Source: Prochlorococcus marinus str. NATL2A
GTDB lineage: Bacteria > Cyanobacteriota > Cyanobacteriia > PCC-6307 > Cyanobiaceae
NCBI RefSeq assembly: GCF_000012465.1
Contig: NC_007335.2
Coordinates: 90,001 to 122,000, forward strand
Reading direction: 5' to 3'
DNA length: 32,000 nt
A program made the translations under genes and the position numbers. The notes under the pieces were generated by a model. That model saw nothing but the letters and a program-made list of their open reading frames with translations, was not told the origin of the DNA and ran no database searches. Shown here in pieces: positions 26,194-32,000 of the stretch; within the stretch, counting starts at the first letter, position 1; each line of letters opens with the position of its first letter.

Positions 26194-27636
26194 TTATCCA
26201 ACCGAACCCTCCAATTTTAAAGCTAAAAGTTTGTCTGCCTCAGATGCAAACTCCATAGGCAGTTCATTGAAAACATCACTACAAAATCCACTGACTAACA
26301 TTGAGACTGATTCCTCGAAATCAATTCCTCTACTTTGTAAGTAAAAAAGTTGATCTTCTGAAATCCTACAAGTACTAGCTTCATGTTCAATATTTGACTG
26401 AGGTTGTTTGGATTGAATATATGGATATGTATTTGCACTGGCTTTGTCACCGATCAACATTGAGTCACATTGACTGTAATTTCGAGCGCCCTCAGCATTT
26501 GGGCTTATGGATACAAGACCTCGATAGCTATTCTTAGACTTTCCAGCACTGATACCTTTACTTACGATTTTTGATTTTGTATTTTTTCCTATATGAATCA
26601 TTTTTGTCCCAGTATCCGCTTTCTGACAATTATTAGTAAGTGCAATTGAATAAAACTCACCAATGGAATTGTCTCCTTGTAATACGCAACTTGGGTATTT
26701 CCATGTAATTGCAGAACCTGTTTCGACTTGAGACCAGCTTATTTTGCTTTTCTTTCCTCTACATTCCCCTCTTTTTGTGACGAAGTTATATATTCCTCCA
26801 ACTCCTTCTTCATTACCTGCATACCAATTTTGCACAGTTGAATATTTGATAGATGCATTATCGAGCGCGACAAGCTCAACAACAGCAGCATGGAGTGTAT
26901 TGGTATCAAACATAGGCGCTGTACAGCCCTCTAGATAACTAACGGAGGAGGATTCTTCGGCAATAATTAAAGTTCGTTCGAATTGACCAGTGTCGCCAGA
27001 ATTTATTCTAAAATAAGATGATAGTTCCATTGGACATTCGACACCTTTGGGTATGTAAACAAACGAACCGTCACTAAAAACTGCAGAATTTAGAGCCGCA
27101 AAAAAGTTATCATTTATAGGAACGACTGTACCCATATATTTTTCAATTAGATCAGGGTATTCGCTAATTGCCTCGCTAATAGAGCAGAAAATTACTCCAT
27201 GTTCAGCTAGCTTTTCCTTATATGTAGTTGCTATAGAAACACTGTCAAAGACAGCATCTACAGCTACATTAGATAATCTTTTTTGTTCACTAAGTGGTAT
27301 TCCAAGCTTTTCAAAAGTTTCAAGTAATTTAGGATCGACTTCATCTAAACTCTTCTTCTTAATGTCTTGTTTTGGGGCTGAATAATAAACAAGATCCTGA
27401 TAATCTACTTTGGAATAAGTTAAACCTGACCAATCAGGTTCTTTCATCTTCAACCATTGCTCATAAGCTCTTAAACGAAATTTTAATAAAAATTCTGGTT
27501 CATTTTTTTTGGCGGAAATTAACCTAATGACATCTTCATTCAATCCTTTTGGGATCTTTTCAGTTTCAATTTCAGTTATAAAACCGTATTTATAAGGTTG
27601 GGAAACAATTTCTTCAACAGTATTAGATTGGGTCAT
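26194..27636 (-). CDS. sufB: Fe-S cluster assembly scaffold SufB
   Basis: 480 aa. It contains 'YKYGF', '...[22 protein letters not shown]...' and is the first gene of the sufBCDS string. Confidence 0.97.
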   Translation of the reverse strand: MTQSNTVEEIVSQPYKYGFITEIETEKIPKGLNEDVIRLISAKKNEPEFLLKFRLRAYEQWLKMKEPDWSGLTYSKVDYQDLVYYSAPKQDIKKKSLDEVDPKLLETFEKLGIPLSEQKRLSNVAVDAVFDSVSIATTYKEKLAEHGVIFCSISEAISEYPDLIEKYMGTVVPINDNFFAALNSAVFSDGSFVYIPKGVECPMELSSYFRINSGDTGQFERTLIIAEESSSVSYLEGCTAPMFDTNTLHAAVVELVALDNASIKYSTVQNWYAGNEEGVGGIYNFVTKRGECRGKKSKISWSQVETGSAITWKYPSCVLQGDNSIGEFYSIALTNNCQKADTGTKMIHIGKNTKSKIVSKGISAGKSKNSYRGLVSISPNAEGARNYSQCDSMLIGDKASANTYPYIQSKQPQSNIEHEASTCRISEDQLFYLQSRGIDFEESVSMLVSGFCSDVFNELPMEFASEADKLLALKLEGSVG

Positions 27637-28113
27637 TTTATTTTGATTAAATCAAGACGTAGTAGTTTTTTATTTATGAAAAGTTTGGCTTTTAAGATCC
27701 AAGATAATTTTCAATTATGACATTTGGGGCTCATCATTAGATCAGAGTGTTTTGATAGTTGGATCTCGAATGTCATTCTAAGTCAAATCAAGGGGGAAAA
27801 CCCAGTGTTACGAAAGTAGTTTTAATCTCTTATTACCATAAGCTAAAATGCTTGCTATCGTTTCCAATTCTGATTGTGCTGGTATAAACTCTTAATCTTT
27901 TTTTGATTCGTAAAAGATTTTCTTATGTATACAAATAGCTGTGTAAATCCCTATTAATACAGTTGATTTCATTTATCAATTCTTTTTTTTGACTTATAAT
28001 AGTTTATAAATGAATATCTTTTCCTTGTTTATAAGTGGAAAAAATAAGATAAAACCTATTTAAAGATAAATATTCTTTTAAACTTTACACTTAAGAGATG
28101 CTCCCGCTGCCAG

Positions 28114-28476
28114 ATGATGGAATCTACTTTTAACGATAACTCTAAAAATAGTCCCTTAAGTAAAGAGGATATAAATTTGATCGGTTTAACTAACCTTTCA
28201 GCTAATGAAAAGCATCATTTAAGGATGCTTGCACATTGCTTGCAATGTTTTAAATCCATGAGTAAGGACAATCCAAAAGGTTTGATCCCTGTGAAGGAAG
28301 AATGGCTTGAATGGTGCTTGAAAAATCCCATCATGATGAAGGATGACGAGTTTGTGCAGGTTATTTTTGAGCAATTCTCTGGTGCAGCTATCCAGCTGGA
28401 AAGATTGTCAAATGATTTAAAAGTTGCTCCATTGGATTTGACACTGAGAAATTTAATCGACGCATATGAGGGTTGA
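28114..28476 (+). CDS. Hypothetical 120-aa protein with CxxC motif, divergent from sufB
   Basis: ORF-track ORF starting MMESTF... It contains 'LAHCLQCF' plus a third Cys ('EWCL'). No helix-turn-helix or known family recognised. Confidence 0.55.
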   Translation: MMESTFNDNSKNSPLSKEDINLIGLTNLSANEKHHLRMLAHCLQCFKSMSKDNPKGLIPVKEEWLEWCLKNPIMMKDDEFVQVIFEQFSGAAIQLERLSNDLKVAPLDLTLRNLIDAYEG

Positions 28477-28755
28477 AATCCTTCTATTCCCTAGATGAGA
28501 AGAAATTTATTTTAAGAGGGTGATCCCAAAGAAAAAAGGCTTTGGAATATTCAAAATTTGGATTTATTTCTTGGTTGCCTTCGAAATTCTAGGTTTAATA
28601 ACGAACTCCTAGTTCTTAGTTGCCGCAAAGCTTTTTGGCTGTAGATACCATTTTTTGACCTTTGCATGGAGTCAGAAGATGCTGACCACACCAACGAGAA
28701 GAGCACATTTCATCACATACTTACCGCACTGATCCCAAAAAAAAAATGGAGGTTT

Positions 28756-29844
28756 ATGAGCGTGACTTTTGATCAAGAATCCCTGTCACGTTTAACACTT
28801 CGTCAGCTTCGTATTAAAGCGAGTGAATTAGGTATTCCTCTTTATAGTAGAAAATCTAAGGCCGATTTAGTTAAGGGTGTATTGCTGTACGAAGAAAAAA
28901 AGGAATTAGAAAAACAGTTGATAAATAATAAAGTCCAACCATCAAGCGAAACTACATATCAAAGTTCATCAGAGACCAAAGTCGTTTTTCTTCCTCGTGA
29001 TCCCGAGTGGGCATATGTATTTTGGGAGATATCAGATTCTGATCGTTCTAATGCTCAAAAAGAAGGCGCTATTAGGCTTTGTTTGCGTTTAGCTGATGTC
29101 ACCAATAAAAATAATGGAGAGACTAATCCTGGAACTCTTCAAGAAATTGTTGTTGATAGTCACAGTACGGAGTGGTACTTACCTATCCCTTTAGCTGGAA
29201 GAGACTACAAGGTTGAACTCGGTTATCGAATTGGTCATAAATGGATGTCACTTGCTCATTCATCTTCAGCCAAAGTACCTTCACTTCATCCAAGTGAGCA
29301 AATTCTTGATCAATTTGTTCCTTTTAGCCTAGAAGCCCCAGTTACTACTACCTCTGATTCTAAAATAGAAAGTTTTGCTTCAGAACAACCAGACAGTGGT
29401 TTGCATGAGCGCTTATATCAATCAGCGACCACAAAATTTAGAACTAGAAGAGTTGGTTCAGAAGAATTCCAAGAGGGTTTTCCAGGAGATCTAAATTCAA
29501 ATAATGAATCTGGTAGTGGGCTTTGGGCTAGTGGCTTGAATGAATCTGGTATTGGTGGGGTTCCTCAAGCTCGTTCTTTTTGGTTAGTTGCTGATGCGGA
29601 ATTAATTGTGTATGGAGCTACTGATCCCTCAGCTAAATTGTTTATCGAAGATGAAGAGGTCCCACTAGGAAATGATGGAACTTTTAGATTGCAAGTCCCA
29701 TTCAGAGACGGTATTCAGAACTATTCAATTAAAGCTATTGATAAAGATGGTGTTGATTCAAGGAACATAACAATGAAATTCGAAAGAGTTACTCCAGTTG
29801 ATAACACTAACCCAAATTCCAAAGCTGAATCAGAATGGTTTTAA
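28756..29844 (+). CDS. DUF4912-like protein with N-terminal Rho_N/SAP-like helix-hairpin
   Basis: Track ORF 28666..29844. I prefer ATG 28756 because GGAGG (28748..28752) lies just upstream. 'LTLRQLRIKASELGIPLYSRKSKADLVKGVL' resembles the Rho N-terminal domain. 'LPRDPEWAYVFWEISD' and the following beta-rich region resemble DUF4912. Confidence 0.7.
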   Translation: MSVTFDQESLSRLTLRQLRIKASELGIPLYSRKSKADLVKGVLLYEEKKELEKQLINNKVQPSSETTYQSSSETKVVFLPRDPEWAYVFWEISDSDRSNAQKEGAIRLCLRLADVTNKNNGETNPGTLQEIVVDSHSTEWYLPIPLAGRDYKVELGYRIGHKWMSLAHSSSAKVPSLHPSEQILDQFVPFSLEAPVTTTSDSKIESFASEQPDSGLHERLYQSATTKFRTRRVGSEEFQEGFPGDLNSNNESGSGLWASGLNESGIGGVPQARSFWLVADAELIVYGATDPSAKLFIEDEEVPLGNDGTFRLQVPFRDGIQNYSIKAIDKDGVDSRNITMKFERVTPVDNTNPNSKAESEWF

Positions 29845-29863
29845 CTCTAATCTCACTTGATTA

Positions 29864-30034
29864 ATGGTTCGCTTAATTGTTGCTTTTACTCCGTTAGTAG
29901 GGGCTATTGCTTTTCCTTTATTAATTCCTACTACGATTGAGCGTTTAGGACTTGGTCCGGGTGTTTTAAGTGCGTTGATATTAAGTACTCTTTGGTTTAT
30001 CGCAATGCTTCGTACTTCTGAAATGCCTCACTAA
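29864..30034 (+). CDS. Small hypothetical two-TM membrane protein (56 aa), below the ORF-track cutoff
   Basis: Hand translation gives MVRLIVAFTPLVGAIAFPLLIPTTIERLGLGPGVLSALILSTLWFIAMLRTSEMPH, with TAA at 30032..30034. It has two hydrophobic segments and G+C like that of neighbouring genes. Confidence 0.4.
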   Translation: MVRLIVAFTPLVGAIAFPLLIPTTIERLGLGPGVLSALILSTLWFIAMLRTSEMPH

Positions 30035-30097
30035 CTTTAATGTGTTGCCATTTCATTTTCGATTCATTTTCATATCATTAACTAATTTATTTTCAAA

Positions 30098-31747
30098 GTG
30101 TTTTCTACAGAATTTACCCAACTTACAGTTAAGTTAAACTCACCTTTTACTGATCAGAAACCAGGTACTTCTGGATTAAGAAAAAGTACTTTGCAGTTCG
30201 AAGAGACACATTACCTAGAGAGTTTTATTGAATCAATCTTGTGTTCCCTGCCAGGGGTGCGAGGAGGTGTTTTGGTTGTGGGAGGTGATGGTAGATATGG
30301 CAACAAAAGAGCAATTGACATTATTATTAGGATGGCAGCTGCACATGGAATTCAAAAAGTCATAACAACTGTAGATGGGATTTTATCGACCCCTGCAGCT
30401 TCGAATTTGATTCGAATTAACAAAGCAATAGGTGGAATTATTTTATCTGCTAGTCATAACCCAGGTGGACTGGAAGGTGATTTTGGAGTCAAGCTAAATG
30501 GCTCAAATGGTGGACCTGCCTCAGAATCTTTAACTGATGAAATTTATAATTACTCCAAGAATCTTAAAGAATATAAGATCATAAAATGTCAATCAAATAA
30601 TTCTTTTTCACTCGGTAAATATAAATTAGCTTCAATGATTGTCGAGATCATTGATGGAATAGACGATTACTTAGATTTAATGAAAAGAATATTTGATTTT
30701 GATTTGATTAGTTCCTATATCAACAATGATTTTCCGATCGTTTTTGATGCATTAAATGCTGTTACAGGTCCATATGCAAAGCGTCTTTTTGTTGATCATT
30801 TAGGAGCTACTGCAGAAACAGTAAGAAATGGAATACCTTTGGAAGATTTTGGAGGTCTTCATCCTGATCCAAATTTGACTTATGCAAAAGATCTTGCTGA
30901 TTTGCTTTTAAAAGGGAATCTATTTTCCTTCGGAGCAGCTTGTGATGGGGATGGGGATAGAAATATGATTTTAGGACGTGGTTGCTTTGTAAATCCTAGT
31001 GATAGCCTTGCAATCTTGGCTGCTAATTACGATTGTGTACCAGGCTATGCCAAAGGTTTATCGGGTGTGGCTCGTTCCATGCCTACGAGCTCAGCGGTGG
31101 ATGTTGTGGCAAAACATTTAGGGATAAATTGCTTTGAAACGCCTACTGGCTGGAAATTCTTTGGCAATCTCTTGGACGCTAATCAAATCACTCTGTGTGG
31201 AGAGGAGAGCTTTGGTACTGGAAGTGATCATGTAAGAGAGAAAGATGGATTGTGGGCTGTTCTTTTTTGGTTGCAGATACTTGCGTCAAAGAAAAAGTCT
31301 GTTTCTGAGATAATGAAAAATCATTGGCTATTTTTTGGTCGCCATTACTATTCTCGACATGACTATGAATCTATTCCAACTGAAGTTGCAAATTCTCTTT
31401 ATTCAAGATTGAGCAATATGCTTCCCACTTTGATAGATGAATCTTTTGCTGGAAGGACGATTAAAAATGCTGATGATTTTAGCTACACAGATCCAGTTGA
31501 TAGTTCAATTACGCTGAATCAAGGTTTAAGAATTTTATTAGATGATGGTAGTCGAGTGTTAGTTAGACTTTCGGGTACGGGCACTCAAGGAGCCACGTTG
31601 AGAGTTTACTTTGAAAGCTTTGTTCCAAGTGATGGTGATATCACTCAAGACCCTCAGTTAGCTTTGGATCCCTTAATTAAAAGTATTGATTCTCTAGCCG
31701 AGATTTCAAAACGAACTGGGATGTCCGCTCCGACAGTTATTACGTAG
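30098..31747 (+). CDS. pgm: Phosphoglucomutase (alpha-D-glucose phosphate-specific)
   Basis: 549 aa with a GTG start. It contains 'KPGTSGLRK', the phosphoserine loop 'SASHNPGG', the metal loop 'DGDGDRNM' and the sugar loop 'GEESFGTG'. Confidence 0.95.
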   Translation: MFSTEFTQLTVKLNSPFTDQKPGTSGLRKSTLQFEETHYLESFIESILCSLPGVRGGVLVVGGDGRYGNKRAIDIIIRMAAAHGIQKVITTVDGILSTPAASNLIRINKAIGGIILSASHNPGGLEGDFGVKLNGSNGGPASESLTDEIYNYSKNLKEYKIIKCQSNNSFSLGKYKLASMIVEIIDGIDDYLDLMKRIFDFDLISSYINNDFPIVFDALNAVTGPYAKRLFVDHLGATAETVRNGIPLEDFGGLHPDPNLTYAKDLADLLLKGNLFSFGAACDGDGDRNMILGRGCFVNPSDSLAILAANYDCVPGYAKGLSGVARSMPTSSAVDVVAKHLGINCFETPTGWKFFGNLLDANQITLCGEESFGTGSDHVREKDGLWAVLFWLQILASKKKSVSEIMKNHWLFFGRHYYSRHDYESIPTEVANSLYSRLSNMLPTLIDESFAGRTIKNADDFSYTDPVDSSITLNQGLRILLDDGSRVLVRLSGTGTQGATLRVYFESFVPSDGDITQDPQLALDPLIKSIDSLAEISKRTGMSAPTVIT

Positions 31748-31779
31748 ATCAAAAATTTTCAATTTGAAATCATCAAAAC

Positions 31780-31799
31780 AACTTTATAAGTTTTTTTTT
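31780..31799 (+). terminator. Possible weak intrinsic terminator after pgm
   Basis: AACTT-TAT-AAGTT (a 5-bp AT-rich stem) is followed directly by a T run through 31799. The stem is weak. Confidence 0.3.
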
Positions 31800-31834
31800 G
31801 CTTTTAGAGTATCAAAAATGTTCATTTATTAGTT

Positions 31835-32000
31835 TTGTCCAAAGATCTGTTTGCTTTTAATGGTGAACAGCTAATTCAGAATAATGCTCCTTTAGCTGAT
31901 CGCTTACGGCCTCAAACACTGGATGAATTTGTTGGCCAAGATCACATTCTTGCTCAAGGACGTTTATTGAGACGTTCAATTGTTGCTGACAAAGTAGGCA
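31835..32000 (+). CDS. rarA: Replication-associated recombination protein A (RarA/MgsA AAA+ ATPase), N-terminal fragment; continues beyond the window
   Basis: Open at the window end, so absent from the ORF track. Hand translation from TTG 31835 gives MSKDLFAFNGEQLIQNNAPLADRLRPQTLDEFVGQDHILAQGRLLRRSIVADKVG, the conserved RarA N-terminus (PLA.R.RP..LDEFVGQ.H.L). There is no in-frame ATG between the upstream TAG (31805) and this motif. Confidence 0.8.
   Translation, partial: MSKDLFAFNGEQLIQNNAPLADRLRPQTLDEFVGQDHILAQGRLLRRSIVADKVG

Noticed and set aside
3800-26938. Other short track ORFs: 3800..4093 (-), 4961..5206 (-), 6338..6586 (-), 7728..7940 (-), 7937..8146 (-), 14733..14918 (-), 15619..15837 (+), 18923..19231 (-), 24982..25299 (+), 26744..26938 (+)
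   Set aside because: Each is nested in, or antisense to, a confidently identified gene (DUF3303-like, THUMP methyltransferase, yqjD/E-like, LigD_N-like, smc, accC, ycf19, ABC transporter, sufD, sufB). None has recognisable features.
27988-28000. TTGACT immediately followed by TATAAT, which looks like consensus -35 and -10 boxes
   Set aside because: The two hexamers are contiguous with a 0-nt spacer, so they cannot act as a -35/-10 pair. Only the TATAAT is kept as a weak -10 candidate within the finding above.
27637-28113. Canonical SufR operator (CAAC-N6-GTTG) in the sufB upstream region
   Set aside because: I scanned the spacer by eye on both strands and found no CAAC...GTTG palindrome with that spacing. 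Only TTGAT-N7-ATCAA was found, and that is a different motif.
1-32000. Search for CRISPR arrays, IS elements or transposases, integrases, prophage genes, rRNA, toxin-antitoxin or defence-system signatures
   Set aside because: I found no regularly spaced repeats, no DDE or tyrosine/serine-recombinase-like ORFs, no rRNA-like sequence, and no nuclease/ATPase/methylase gene clusters of defence type. The small ORFs at 3.4-4.4 kb show no toxin-antitoxin-like pairing or motifs.

Overview
This is an AT-rich, very gene-dense chromosomal segment that reads as core genome of a marine picocyanobacterium, Prochlorococcus-like. The markers are psbX, an HLIP (hli) gene, ycf19/YGGT, ycf66, sufBCDS, accC, smc, def, pgm, a circularly permuted two-piece tmRNA gene, near-zero intergenic spacers and many TTG/GTG starts.

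I support about 36 protein-coding genes, four of them under 60 aa and two open at the window edges (all six absent from the ORF track). I also support one class-II tRNA-Leu and one tmRNA with its terminator. The left ~4.6 kb looks accessory. It holds an ABC exporter, a coiled-coil membrane protein, a GT4 glycosyltransferase and several small ORFs. It is visibly lower in G+C, has unusually long spacers, and abuts the tmRNA gene.

I saw no transposase, integrase, CRISPR array, rRNA, or restriction/toxin/defence-like genes. I could not identify a coherent, clearly novel multi-gene system. The items most worth a second look are:
- a tRNA-Leu whose canonical fold gives an A34 anticodon (AAG)
- the 477-nt non-coding region between sufB and a divergent 120-aa CxxC protein sitting where cyanobacterial sufR normally lies
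- the low-GC envelope patch next to the tmRNA gene
- an orphan LigD-phosphoesterase-like protein upstream of smc
- an ABCD-type transporter followed 9 nt downstream by hli
- several unannotated small membrane ORFs

All family assignments are from motif recognition by eye, not database searches.
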